Source of the DNA: Eledone cirrhosa
Taxonomy: Eukaryota
Direction of reading: 5' to 3'
NCBI GenBank assembly: GCA_964016885.1
Contig: OZ024741.1
Span: 310,001-374,000 of the forward strand
DNA: 64,000 bases
This document shows positions 26,561 through 40,501 of the stretch, in pieces. A program made the translations under genes and the position numbers. Every line of letters starts with the position of its first letter. Positions within the stretch are counted from its first letter, which is position 1. A model generated the notes under the pieces. It was not told where the DNA came from. It ran no database searches and worked only from the letters and a program-made list of their open reading frames with translations.

Positions 26561-27296
26561 TACCAATTAAACGTAGCGTTGACTAGAACGATGGCGAATG
26601 AATCTTCGAGGTAAGCAGTTTCATCCCGAGCTGTTAGTTCACACGGGATTCTCTGCTACACCTTTTCGTAATAATACCGAACAACGTACTGCTGGTCACT
26701 CCTTCCTCCAAAAGCCGTACAAAGCGGACATGTGCATCGGGCAGATGGATCGGGTGCAAATCTACACCAGGCCTACGCGAGAAATTCGCAAGGGACTGCA
26801 CCGAGAGAGATAGAGAGTAAGAGTAACTTAGTGGAAAGAGTGTGAATGAACTTTTGAGGTAAGTAGCCTCCGCCTTACTGGTATGACACTGGAACCTTCT
26901 GCCAACTTAACATGTGACTTTCTCTTTCACATTTACTCCAATAGGCCAAAACAGAGGAGTATGAAAAGAAAGGGCTCAACAATATTTATATGAACAATGC
27001 ACGTAGACAGCTAAACTGTACTTTCAACTACTTAATTTTCTTCAAATAAAACAAATTTCCTGTCGGTATATTTTCGTGAGTTTTTAACAGGCACTCACAA
27101 ATAAACGTTTCTCATTGGAGGTGCTATTACCAATGTTCCTACCCGTGCAACGCCGGGATACACTGCTAGTCTGTCCAATAAGTTCCATTCGTCGCAACAC
27201 TGATTCTCTTGTTTCTGTGATATCATACTCTGCTCTACGAGGGCATCGAGTGCTCGTACGGCCTACCGCATACGGACGCTTTAAGCATCCAACACC

Positions 27297-27357
<61 letters not shown>

Positions 27358-27359
<2 letters not shown>

Positions 27360-28635
27360 GTATAGGATTATCCTAGATGTAGTAATGGTTAATTACTACA
27401 CTGGATATGGTTGACGTACGGTGAGAGGTTACTCTACGAGTTATGGAAGAATTGTTGAAGAAACTTAGTTCCTGATCCTTCTGTATTCCGGAGTGTATAT
27501 AAAGAATGAGTAATAACAGGTAGACATCATAAAAAGGTAATTTATTCCGTGTGCTTACAAATGTTTCCACGGTGGTACTACAGCCTAGTTATGCTATGTG
27601 CAAATTTACAACTATTAGCAGAACTCAAATATCCAATGCTGTGACCACTGTATCCTCAGAGCAGAATGGTTAAAATGTACAATGTAAATACCTTTCAGTG
27701 GGGTTGTTGGAGAAGATAGAGTAGAAAAGGAAGAGAGAAAAGTAGGGGAGAGGGAGAGAGAGAGAAAGATATGCAGGGGTTGGAGAAATAGGAGAGAATG
27801 GTTTGTAGATATCTTAATCAAAATGTTATGGTAGGGGTTTTATTATACTGGTTACTTTTGGAGAGATGCGTTGATAGTTAAGGTCGGAATTATTTATTGC
27901 CCCAGAGGGCAGGTTCGTAGATGTGGAGAGGGAGGGAGGTAGGCCAAAGGCGAGAGAGAGAGAGTGTAATGGATGTAGAGAGAGAGAGATAGAGAGGGGA
28001 CAGACGAAGTCTATGTGGTGAGTGAACTTTGGGTTCGTAGTAGTAATCTGCGAATTGCATTGAGTTACCATTTATAGTGATAAGCAGTGTATTGTCTTGT
28101 AGTGTGGGGGAAGAGAAGGTGGTTAGCTAGAAAGCGATGTTATAGTTACGGGTTCGAATGTTAAGTTATTTTATAGTGAGAGAATTTAGCTTTTAGTTTG
28201 TGGTTGCAGTATAATGATCGTTCAATTCTATCGTTAAGTAGTTTGTTTTGGGATTTTAATATGTAAAAGAGTTCAAGGTTACATAACCCACAGTACTTCA
28301 ATCCACTCCGATATGCACTTGCGCTGGAAAGTATATCCCATTTTAAGGTGAACTGTTGGTTGCGTTCACGGAGTTGCCAGGTCTTGTTGGCGAGCGTGGT
28401 CACAAAACGGTGATTAGGATGTTTGATTGAGAATCGATGACGGTACCAGCGAGATTTAAACGAGGTGGTGGTAGATCCGACCATTTCTGGTCGTTCGATT
28501 CAGTATTTGAGTTCTGCAAATAGTTGTAAATTTGCACATAGCATAACTAGGCTGTAGTACCACCGAGGAAACATTTGTAAGCACACGGAATAAATTACCT
28601 TTTTATGATGTCTACCTGTTATTATTCATTCTTTA
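27358..28635 (-). mobile_element. 5'-truncated Penelope-like element with inverted pLTR
   Basis: GIY-YIG ORF at 28161-28484 (-): VGSTTTSFKSRWYRHR…CGLCNLE…LLN…CNHK. 28504-28635 is an inverted copy of about 27500-27632. Confidence 0.85.
27552..27663 (-). ncRNA. HHR (intact core) with long stem II insertion
   Basis: Minus strand: tgct-CTGAGGA-tacagtggt…accaccgtg-GAAAC-attt-GTA-agca. Confidence 0.75.
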
Positions 28636-28664
28636 TATATATATATGCTTAAACTTTAATCTGT

Positions 28665-28777
<113 letters not shown>

Positions 28778-28799
28778 TTATATATATATATATATATAT

Positions 28800-29052
28800 A
28801 ATTGGTGTTGGATGCTTAAAGCGTCCGTATGCGGTAGGCCGTATGAGCACTCGATGCCCTCGTAGAGCAGAGTATGATATCACAGAAAAAAGAGAATCAG
28901 TGTTGCGACAAAGGGAATTTATTGGACAGACTAGCAGTGTATCCTGGCGTTGCACTGGTAAGAACATTGGTAATAGCACCTCCAATGAGAAACATTTATT
29001 TGTGAGTGCCTGTTAAAAACTCACGAAAATATACCGACAGGAAATTTGTTTT
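28800..29052 (-). repeat. Inverted copy of 27048-27300 (Helitron 3' end plus flank)
   Basis: Roughly 90% identical reverse complement, including the CTAG end. Confidence 0.85.
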
Positions 29053-30149
29053 GTGTGCGAAGAAAAATGATTCAATCTGTGCAAGCCAGATTCGCACATC
29101 TCCGCCAAACACTGGTAGTGAATTACTTGACATTGCAGGAGAAAGACGTTCGTAAACTTCACCAAAACACGTAAAAAATGTCAAAGTTCCGTAGTATCAT
29201 TGCAACAGTAGAGTGCGCTTTTGTAGGCCAAAGTAAAAACGCGGGAACCAGTGAGGAAGAAGGTGAGACGCCATGTTGGACAAAAATGCCATGTGCGAAG
29301 AAAGAAAAAATTGTGTTATTGTCAGCTCGATATTTCTTTTTTTCTGTGAGAAGGATGTATTCTTTACAGTCGGGTCACCATTTTATAGAAATGATGTGAG
29401 GCTAAATGTTACCTATATCTTTTTATAACTGCACGTTAAAATCTTCTAAGGATCTTGTTTTTACAAACGATACAAGAGAAGTACCTTAGTCGATGAGTTG
29501 GTCGTTTCTTATTGGTAGTAATATGCTTCTGACTTCCAGGATATAAATAAATATCTCTTTAACGCTCAATCCTCTATAAATATAATTTTTATTGTCGAAA
29601 GGAATGTAGGAGTCATTTTATAATAATTCTTCACGCGTCCGTAGTCATCTCCTGGTCTCCTCTGTACTGTGGGTTTTCACCAGAGAGTGAGAGTGACCAT
29701 GTATTCATACGCGATTTATCATTGGTCAGTTTAACCTTATTGCATATGAAAATGTTGCTATTGCGAGGTACGACGTAGTTCCACTACAAGATGAAAGGAC
29801 TGGGGTCCCTAGTATTAAATTACCCAAGACACCTCCGACGCAAGAAATACCTTGGAGAAGGCCAGCTAAACCTGCATATGTGTGAGCTGTCACACACAAA
29901 CCTAACTTTCGGCGGGCAAGAAGGCAAGTAGGTGTAAAGCCAAACTCGCTATCTTCAATTCGGTATTCGTGGTCTTATCTATGGTAATCAATCTTGGATA
30001 ATGACCGAAATAATACGATCATGAATACAAGCGACCGAAAGAGGGTTCCTCTGAAGGTCCTTTGGAGTAACGTTACTTGATAGAGTGTATAGCTCAGATA
30101 TCAGGAAGACATTTCAGGTAGAGCCGCTACTTCTCAGAATTGAGAGATC

Positions 30150-30637
30150 ACATCTCTGATACTATGGACATGTGGCTAGAATATCTTAGAAAAGTGTAGC
30201 CGGAGGCATTCGGACTTGCTTTGCGTCTTCGAATCCCTTTGGCCAGAGTCGTTCCACTCTCCACTTGGAGTACATCCAGCTATGTCTGCCTTCACACAAC
30301 ATGTCTGCTCGCCATGCCAACTTCTAGCACAAGGGCGCAGCAGCGTAGTTCATTGACCCTCGTGTGACGTCACGTCCTCATGCTTCCGGTTAGGCCCCCC
30401 CCCCCCCACGGCAGCCCCACAGAAAGAATCACTGGACAGATTTTAACGCCCCCCCCCCCCCAAGGAGACCCAGAGTTAGATCCCGAGCAAGGTGGTTGGA
30501 TAACAGCTTGGCTGGTCTTGGTTAGGGATCAGTTGGACACGGTTGCTTCTGGCAGGGGCCACTGGAAGGAGTGTTTGAGGACTCTGCCCCCACGACCCTC
30601 TCAGGAATAAGTGGGTGAAGAAGAAGAAGAAGAAGAA
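30150..30637 (+). mobile_element. Degraded LINE 3' end (RTE-like, different family)
   Basis: …PRxRPRVR…DTVASGRGHWKECLRTLPPRPSQE* followed by a (GAA)n tail. Confidence 0.5.
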
Positions 30638-30956
30638 AAAGATAAAGAAATTTGTAGTAGAGGCTACTCGTTCGAACGTCACTTCAACTAAAGTATTGTT
30701 TAGAGTAGCCTCCCCTCTTGAAGCTCTCTCTCTCTACTAAGGCGGGGTATTCTCACCTCTTCCTATCTTATCGTTACGTTTTCTAAAAATAATTAATTAT
30801 TGTTAATTACTTCAACCTTCATTATGTCGAATTATTGGTGTACTATGTATTTCCTATTTGCTTCACTCGTGGTATTCAGTTATACTCCTGTCACAGGTAA
30901 GTTGGTAAACAATATATACATATATGTACGAAAACATTCTTTCACTCTCACACACA

Positions 30957-30959
<3 letters not shown>

Positions 30960-31016
<57 letters not shown>

Positions 31017-31043
31017 GTATATATATATATGTATATATATATG

Positions 31044-31080
<37 letters not shown>

Positions 31081-31107
31081 GTATATATATATATGTATAT
31101 ATATATG

Positions 31108-31139
<32 letters not shown>

Positions 31140-31163
31140 TATATGTATATGTATATATATATG

Positions 31164-31212
<49 letters not shown>

Positions 31213-32145
31213 GTATATATATATATGTATATATATGTATGTGTATATATATATGTATGTGTATATATATATATATATATATAGATTTTTCCCTGGATTT
31301 CACTAAATTCTGTGGATGAATTTATATCCTGATTCTCTTTTGAGATGAGTTTGAGTTATTTTTCCTAAATCTTTCGTTAACTACTTTTCCCATCTTGACG
31401 TTATAGTCGCATATATGTTATAGAATGCCGTTAGCTTCTTGCTAAAACAATCTCTATACCTCTCATTTATATATATATATATGTGTATGTATATATATAT
31501 ATATGTATATGTATGTATATATATATGTATGTATGTATATGTATATATATAGATATATGTATAGAGATATATAGAGATATATAGAGAGATAGATAGATAT
31601 ATATATAATATATATATAGATATATATATAATATATATATAGATATATATATAATATATATATAGATATAGATATAATATATATAGATATAATATATATA
31701 GATATAGATATAATGTATATAGATATAGATATAATATATATAGATATATATATAGATATAATATATATATATAGATAGATAGATATAATATATATATATA
31801 GATAGATAGATATAATATATATATATAGATAGATAGATATAATATATATATATAGATATAATATATATATATAGATATAATATATATAGATAGATATATA
31901 TATATAGATATAATATATATATATAGATATAATATATATATATATATATATAGATATAATATATATATATATAGATATAATATATATCTATATATATAAT
32001 ATATATCTATATAGATATAATATATATAGATATAGATATAATATATATATATATATATAGATATAGATATAATATATATATATATATATATAGATATAAT
32101 ATATATATATATATATAGATATAATATATATATATATATATATAG

Positions 32146-32214
<69 letters not shown>

Positions 32215-32215
32215 G

Positions 32216-32284
<69 letters not shown>

Positions 32285-32443
32285 TATATATATAGATATA
32301 ATATATATATCTATATAGATATAATATATATATCTATATATATATATATATAGATATAATATATATATATATCTATATATATATATAGATATAATATATA
32401 TATATATATAGATATAATATATATATATAGATATATAGATATA

Positions 32444-32478
<35 letters not shown>

Positions 32479-32510
32479 GATATATATGTGTGTGTATATA
32501 TATATTAGTT
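30960..32510. repeat. Long compound (TA)n/TATG/TAGA microsatellites
   Basis: Direct inspection; interrupted by unique sequence at about 31285-31468. Confidence 0.95.
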
Positions 32511-32937
32511 ATAAGATTGTGCGACATTTTAATAGAAGTTTAGCAACTTCCATGAATGTATAAAGTGAAACAGCGGAGTGTTAAGATGTGGTCCACAGTT
32601 TTAACTCACATTAAACATATACGGCAATGAAGCTTTTCATGTTATACTGTCTCTTAACTCATATACACGTATATATATACATATACATACACACCTATAT
32701 ACACATGTACATACACACATATATATATATATATACACGTACATACACACACATATATATATACACGTACATCCATACACATATATATATACACATACGT
32801 ATATACATACATATATATATATACGCACATATATACATACACATACATATATATATATATATATACACATGTACATACACACATATATATATATACACAT
32901 GTACATACACTCATATATATATACACATGTACATACA

Positions 32938-32983
<46 letters not shown>

Positions 32984-33410
32984 CACACACATCTTGTTTG
33001 TTTCAAACAACGGAATAAATTTTACGTCGTGAGAAAGACGAAACATTTTACATTTCTGGCAAACACACTCCTTAGACATTGACCATGTATATCTATCTGT
33101 TAGTGTGGCAGACCATGTATATCTGTTAGCGTGGCTTTGTGTGAGAGATAGAGAGATAAAGAGCGTGCAAAGGTAAAAACTTAAGTGTAATGTACATTTC
33201 AGTGGAATATATTGTGAAATTACACACACGCACAAACACACTCATATCGGCTATTTCTGCGTCCAGAAATAGTTTTCGAAACGGCTTGAGCTATAAATGT
33301 GTGTGTATATATATATATGTGTGTGTATATATATAAGCTTATATATATATAAGGGTGCTTATAGATAGGAGCTTATATATATATAGGAAAAAGTATGACC
33401 CCGACGGCAG

Positions 33411-33492
33411 AGCTCAAGCCGTTTCGACGGCTATTTCTGGACTAAATTAGAATTTTTAGCCTGGTGAATAAATAGCCGAACTTGTCAAGGGG
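33411..33492 (-). ncRNA. Decayed complete HHR of family A
   Basis: Minus strand: TTGACAA-gtt cggctattt…aaatagccg tc-GAAAC-ggc-TT-gagct. Core is two transitions away from CTGACGA. Confidence 0.5.
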
Positions 33493-33814
33493 GTACTTCC
33501 TTATATGGGAAGATTGTAGTTGTCGAGAGGATTGGTCAAAATTTGTTGTAAACACAAATAAGTCTATCATGGCATTTGGTGGGAGGTAGGGATGGCTGTA
33601 GGACGATAGGGGAGTGAGTGGTGCGGTCAAGCGTTGAAAGTGATATGTATACAGCAGATTCTAAGGATAGTGTATGAAGTGGAGGAGGGTGGTTATAGAA
33701 TAGGTAAATCGAATGTGAGTAGGAGACAATAACATAATAAAAATAAATAAAAAATATATAAAATTAGATAGTGAGAAATGAATAAAAAAAATCACGATGC
33801 TATCTTACAATTAC

Positions 33815-35330
33815 AGGTTAATAAGTTGATGGCAAGTACACCATCATCATTACGGACACACTTCTCCCTGACAATATCACGGTTTTCCTTGACACATTGC
33901 CTAGCAATCCTGAACACCTCACGTTTTTTGTGCTCGCGTTGTAGAACATGCTTGAACTTTCTTTCCTCTGCTTCCCTTCTTGCAAAGTACACTTGTCTCC
34001 TAGCTTCCATCCTGGCCACTTGATCGTCTTCTCTACTTCCCCCCATCCCGCCATACCTTCCAAGCCTGCTTTTTGGCCTTGATTGACTCCTCCACCTTAC
34101 TGTTCCACCACCACGTTACTCTCCTCCTGCCTATAGGTCTGCTCCAGCCACAGTTTTCATCTGTCGCCTTCAGCAGGTTTGCTTTCAGGAATACCCACTG
34201 TTCCTCTATATTGTACGACTCTAATTGCTCTTCCTTACTGTCAAAAGCATCAAGTAATATGCTTTTAAATTTGTTACTGGCTGTGGGTTTTTTTAACTTC
34301 CATATTCTTCTCCTTAGGGTAGTCCTCCTCTGTTGTCGAGTACGTCTCATCCTGACTATGAGGTCGCTAACTATGAGGCTATGTTGGGAGGTGCATTCTT
34401 CATGGGGGAGGGATTTAGTGTTTACAACCGACACTTTGTCACGTCTTCTGGTAAGGATATAATCTATCTGACTGGTGTGTTCCCCTGATCTATAGGTGAT
34501 CAAGTGACTGTCTCGTTCTTTGAAGTTTGTGATACAGATAGTTAGGTTATTAACGTCACAGAATTCCAGGATTCTGGAGCCTTCCTCATTTCTAGTACCA
34601 AACCCATAGCCTCCATGGATTCCGTCATAGTCGTCACAATGTTGTCCAACATGACCATTTAGGTCGCCAGCAATAATTATGTAGTCACTGTCAGTTATTT
34701 GGGAGGTAGTGAGCATTAGCTACTCATAGAATCTGTCTTTTATAATGCCAGGCAGTCCGGGTTGGGGTGTATACGCGGATATTATTGTCACAGTAGTTCT
34801 ATTTAGGACAAGTCTTATTTTAATTATTCTGTCGTTCACTCTATTTACGTCTATTACCATATCTACCCATTTTTCTGCTAACATGATTCTACTCCACCCA
34901 GCCCATTGTCATTTCCCACCCAGAAAAGTTTATAGCATCGTTTTTTACCCACAATAAATCTAGCAGACCCACCCCTCCATCTGGTCTCTTGAATACAACA
35001 AACATCAACTTCCTTACGTTCAAGCATCTCTACAACCTCGTTAGAGCGACCTTTTAAAGTGCCTACATTCATGGTACCAACTCTGAAGTTTTCGATTGCG
35101 TTTGGTGGGTGGGAAGGATGAAGCGCAGGGAGGGGTGAGGGAGATAGGGTTATGTTAGCCATCCGCGGTCGAAATAAAGAGGAGTCCTTGCATTCTCGTC
35201 CGGCAACATGAGGTGAATTTATTTTTATCTTTGACATTGTCATTGAGTGTCCAGATTCTTCAGACTCTCCAGAATTCTATAGTCCATCTAGCATATCGAA
35301 AAGCAACCAGGTCTAAACTTAAGAAGTGAT
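33815..35330 (-). mobile_element. RTE LINE 5' portion (AP endonuclease plus linker), frameshifted
   Basis: GTMNVGTLKGR…CCIQETRW…SAYxPQ…AGDLNGHVG…QIDYIL…HSLIV. Confidence 0.92.
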
Positions 35331-35740
35331 AGCCGAGGTGGTGGTTTTGTGAAAGAGATTTGTAGGAGAAACATATTATAAGCCGCTGAAATATGATTGG
35401 ACCAAATAATAATGGTGGCAAGTGGGGGAGGGGGGCAGGAATCTAGGGCAGTTAGTGAGAAGGTTATTTTATAATATAATCCTAGAAATTTGGCCATAAT
35501 TAAACGAGCATATAACAATAATAAGAGTTTAAATACAAGTAAATGATTGTTTTCGAGGGTCTGACAGAATTATGGGAGTTTAAAATACAAGAAGATTGCT
35601 TTGAAGGACTAGGAACATGGAGAGACAAGAAATAGAGTGAATACATTACATTTCTCAAAAACAAGCAACAAAGATGAGGGATCGACAAACTCTGAAATAT
35701 AATATATGTATATAATATAATATCTATATATCTATATATG

Positions 35741-36070
35741 GAGGCACATGGCTTAGTGGTTAGAGCATTGGCCTTGCAATCGAAAGGTTGTGAGTTCAAT
35801 TCTCAGACCGGGTGATGTGTTGTTTCCTTGAGCAAGACACTTTATTTCACTTTGCTCCAGTTTACTCAGCTGTAGAAATGAGATAATAGGGACTGGGGTC
35901 CCTATCATTCCACTGTAAAGTGGACGTGTAGGCGCCACGGAAAAAAGCACCCAGCACTCACTGTAAATAAGGTTGGTGTTAGGAAGGCCATCCAGCTGTA
36001 GAAATCAAGCCAGAATCAGTTTCCGTCCCACCCTTGCAAGCAGGGAAAAGTGGACGTAAAATGAAATGAT
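35741..36070 (+). mobile_element. Full-length tRNA-derived SINE with RTE-derived 3' tail
   Basis: A box tggcttagtgg, B box gagttcaattct, central ttgagcaagacacttt; tail nearly identical to the RTE 3' UTR at 48152-48259. Confidence 0.88.
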
Positions 36071-36248
36071 ATATATATATATAGAGATATGTAATAAACA
36101 ACATAAGGCAATTATTTCATTTACCAGTAGTTTCTTAAAAGCAAAAAAATTTTGCTTTCAATCATCGGAATGAAAAAATCCTGGTGTATTTATTGACTTT
36201 GGATTTTAAAAACAAAAATGCAATTTATATCTGATATATGTATATATA

Positions 36249-37030
36249 CAGGGAGCGGACGATATCTGTTCGCAAGATTACTGTCTAGGAAAAAATAACA
36301 CAGTAGTTTTATTTTTTAAGATATATTTATCAAACTTGGGTCAGTTTGTCTTCATGAATTGTTCTTTCGATCTCACTCGATAAACCCGCCATTGGCTTTG
36401 ATGATGGCCTCAAGGCGGCTTCAGAACCGGCTACAGGCCTTCGTCATTGTCCCCTGATTTAGGCCCCTAAAGGCACTTGTGATCCTGGCCTTCAGATCGT
36501 CTTTCGTATTGCAGCTAGATCTGTTGTGCCTCGTTCCACTGCGCCCCACACAAAGAAGTCGAGGGGGTTGCAGTCAGGCGAGCTGGGAGGCCAGATGTCA
36601 GGTGAAGTGTGGTCGACGAAGTTCTCTGACAGCCAGGCTTGGGTCTTTCGGCTGGTATGGCAGGGCGCTGAGTCTTGGTGCCACACGTACGGCCTACCTG
36701 CAGCTACCTGGTCGATCCAGGGCATTACTACCTCACTCAGAACGTAGATGTAGCCATCGGTGTTCAGCTTGAGGCCCTCGGGGAAGAAGTGAGGTGGCAT
36801 GACGAGACCTAAGACCAATGTTGTCGCTGGAAACTTTGTCGGCATGACTCTGGGCACGTCTTTGGATGAGACACCATTCTCCTGCTGATGCTGAGAAAGT
36901 CTAAAATTTCCTTATTTGTCCTCCCGGTGCGGATTCCAAGAAGAACTCCGTGTCTCTTCCACAAATTTGGAGGTTCAAAATTATTCATAATCAATTATTC
37001 TGAAAATAAATAATGGAAATATGGTCAGTT
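36249..37030 (-). mobile_element. Tc1/mariner-superfamily DD37D (maT-type) transposon relic, internally deleted
   Basis: HQDSAPCH…WPPSSPDCNPLDFFVWG with 37 residues between the last two Asp. N-terminal fragment at 36809-36994. Terminus tatacaggg at about 36249. Confidence 0.85.
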
Positions 37031-37041
37031 TTTATGAAGAC

Positions 37042-39065
37042 AAGTAAGGCAATCAAAGATATGAAGACGGGTAAGGCGGCTGGGCCTTCGGAAATAGTTG
37101 CTGAGATGCTGAAAGCCTCTGGAACGGTGGTACACACCATGGTCACCCGGATAGTAAACCAAGTCATACAGAATGGGGTTGTTCCGAAGGACTGGCGTAG
37201 CAGCATCATCATTAACTGTTACAAGGGTAAAGGAGACGCCCTAGATAGGAGTAACTATAGAGGCATTAAATTAATCGACCAGGTCATGAAGGTCACGGAA
37301 AAAGTAATAGTGCAACTAATCAGAGAGAGAATTGATCGAGATGAAATGCTGTTCGGGTTTGTGTCAGGCAAAAGTACCACAGACGCTCTTTTCATTGTAC
37401 GACAACTACAGCAGAAGTACCTAGCTAAAAGTAAACCCCTATACTTAGCTTTTGTCGACTTGGAGAAAGCCTTCGACAGAGTCCCCCGTTCCATTATCTG
37501 GTGGGCTCTTAGAAAACTAGGTGTTGATGAATGGCTTGTGAGAGCTATACAAGCCATGTATAAAGAAACAGTCAGCAAGGTTAGAATTAACAACGAATAT
37601 AGTGAAGAGTTTAGCGTAAAAGTTGGTATTCATCAGGGCTCTGTTCTTAGCCCCCTACTATTTATTATTGCCCTACAGGCTATAACAGTAGAGTTCAAGA
37701 CCGGCTGTCCATGGGAACTCCTATACGCAGATGATCTAAAGCTCATAGCTGAATCAATGGACGAGCTAGAGAAGAAATTCCAAACATGGAAGCACGGCCT
37801 AGAATCAAAAGGCCTTAAAATTAACCTGGCTAAGACTAAAGTTCTAGTTTGTAGGAAAGAAAATAAGGCGCCGGTCCCTTCCGGGAAATGGCCATGCTCA
37901 GTGTGTAGGAAAGGCGTAGGTAGAAACTCCATTTTATGTCCCAAATGCAAAGTATGGGTGCATAAAAGATGTAGTGGGATCACAGGTAAGCTAACTAAGA
38001 ACATAGATTTTACATGTGGCCGGTGCTCTAGTGCAATAAGTAGCAGCAAGTGCCCACAAAATACTAGCTCTTTCAATTGCGCAGAGGGTTCTATAGAAAT
38101 AGTGGACAGCTTCCGTTACCTGGGTGACAAAATCAGCAGTGGGGGAGGGTGCTCTGAAAGTACAGTAGCTAGAGTCAGAACTGGATGGAAAAAGTTCAGA
38201 GAGCTTATACCACTATTAGCCGCGAAAGGGTTCTCCCTAAAAATGAAAGGCAGGCTGTATGATGCCTGCATACGAACAGCAATGTTGCATGGCAGTGAGA
38301 CCTGGGCATTGTGTGCAGAGGATATATGCAAACTAGAGAGGAACGAAGCTTGCATGCTCCGCTGGATGTGTAATAGTAATATACGCGAACGGCAAAGCAT
38401 AAACAAACTAAGGGAAAAATTAGAAATAAGAGGGATCAGATGTTGTTTAGTCGAGAGAAGGCTACGTTGGTATGGTCACGTGATGCGCATGAAAGACGAC
38501 AGCTGTATAAAAAAGTGCAGGGCAATAAAGATAGACGGTAGCCACGGAGTAGGCAGACCCAGAAAAACCTGGGACGACCTGATAAATTCCGACCTCACAC
38601 ACTTACACCTCTCCAAGACAATGTCACTGGACCGAGATCTTTGGCGGTACTCAGTAATAGAGAAGACCCGCCTTACCTGAATACAAAGTAAAACCTACTA
38701 CAGTCAGTAGGCATCTCTAACAAAACACACCCCTGTCCCACCACCCCCACCTCATCCACACCGCCCCTTTCAATGTAAAGTTATGTTGGTGCCACAACAT
38801 CCAGGCCGAAACAAATGAGATCGTGTAGGTGTCACGACAAAAAAACACACAGTCCACGCTGTAATGTGGCCGTGTAGGCAACACGGTAAAAACCTCCCAG
38901 TCCCTCACTGTAAATGTGGTTGGTGTTAGGAAGGGCATCCAGCTGTAGAAAACCCGCCAGACAGTCCTATGCGAGCAAGACAACCACTCTTGCCTCAAGT
39001 GGGAAAACTCCCGTCCAAACCCATGCAAGCGTGGAACATGGACGTTAAACGATGATGATGATGAT
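37042..39065 (+). mobile_element. 5'-truncated RTE LINE with uninterrupted RT ORF (to 38680)
   Basis: GKAAGP, NYRGIKL, FVDLEKAFDRV, GIHQGSVLSP, LYADD, FRYLG, RRLRWYGH; PHD-like finger; (GAT)n tail. Confidence 0.95.
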
Positions 39066-39110
39066 TATATGTATATAATATATATATATATTATTATATA
39101 TATTATATAT

Positions 39111-39165
<55 letters not shown>

Positions 39166-40501
39166 GCCTCTCTAGTAACATTGTCTACAAATGTAAGGTT
39201 GTAACACCCACGTCCCGTAGGGCCTACATAGGGTTAACCGCCAATAGATTCAAGCAGCGTCTTTACATGCATACCCATTCTTTTCGTTACCCTCTAAGAA
39301 GGAATATGACGTCACTTTCAGCTTATATCTGGAGTCTAAAAGACAACCACACCCAATATAAGTTGCACTGGGAGATCCTAGCTAGGGCTAGATCGTATAA
39401 CGGAAATAAAAGACCATGTGACCTCTGCGCCGCTTAGGCCCTGGAAATACACTACGCCACAGACCACATCTGAAACAAAAAATCTGAGGCAATTTCGGCT
39501 TGTAAACATAAATTGCACAAAACTTTCCTGTATTACAGCCCCACGTTATACCCTAACGGATAGTACGATCTATACGTGGATATTTTACGTCTTGATGTGG
39601 TAGATAAGTATATGTTTTGTTTATACCATTACTTATTTGCATAGGTAAGTATATATTTACCTGTATGTTTTGTGCAGGTACGTATACTTTCTCGTACGTA
39701 TATTTGATTGTATATGTTATGGCGTATAATTTTTTATATTTTCTGGTACATATGGTTTGGTTATGTGTATACGGGAGTTTTGCGTCTGTGTGAGTATGCA
39801 GGTTCGTACGTATGTAGGGTGTGTGTATATGTGTACTTCATGTTTTGGTTGACTTGCGTCTCCGAACATTTGTGTATATACATGTAGGTATGTGTGTGTG
39901 CTTGTTATATACGTATTTATTTATTTATATGCATTTATTTAATTATTTATTTATTTGTATACACGCATACACACTCACACACATATTTATATGTGCGTGG
40001 TTTTGTATCCCTTGGTAAGGTTTTGCGTATGCTTGTGTATGTACGTATCTGTTTGCGTGTATGTATTTATTTGTTTCTATTACTTCTGTATTGTATTTAT
40101 TTACTTTGTTCTTAACTCTGTAGCGGAGATTCATTTGGTCTCCTAGTTAGAATTTTAGTCTACGACTTCAGCTATACCATTTACGTGGTTTTGTCTTTGC
40201 GTGCAATTGTTCTCCACGCTCCACATATGCCGTATTATCTTCGGTTTTTCCGTTCATTGCCAGAGAACGTCTCTATGAACCACCTAAGAGAACATTAGTC
40301 TACGACTTCTTTTATACCATAAACGTGGTTCTGTCTTTGCGCGTAATTGTTTTTCACCGCTCCTATTAATGACGTATTATTCGTTTTTTCCCGTTCTTTG
40401 CCAGGGAACGTTTCCACGAACCAAAGTATCGTCTTCCTGTCTTCCTCCGGTTGCAATGTTTTTTGAAATATCCACTTCTACATTTACAGATTGACTTTGT
40501 T

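Larger units (their letters stand above)
21733..27169 (+). mobile_element. Non-autonomous Helitron (outer) carrying nested insertions
   Basis: 5' TCtatatatataaaactg at 21733 preceded by A. 3' hairpin cccgtgcaacgccggg plus CTAG at 27166-27169 followed by T. The flanks rejoin to the sequence expected from the neighbouring inverted arm (gtaa|t.tgtccaataa). Confidence 0.7.

Noticed and set aside
26630-26665. HHR-like atcccg/cgggat-GAAAC on the minus strand
   Set aside because: The CUGAnGA core and stem I are not recognisable.
35741-35815. tRNA gene (also 17270-17337 and 20920-20990)
   Set aside because: A and B boxes are present, but the cloverleaf is incomplete and followed by a SINE body.
37255-38406. 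Antisense ORFs over RTE copies
   Set aside because: Shadows of the RT frame, repeated in every copy.
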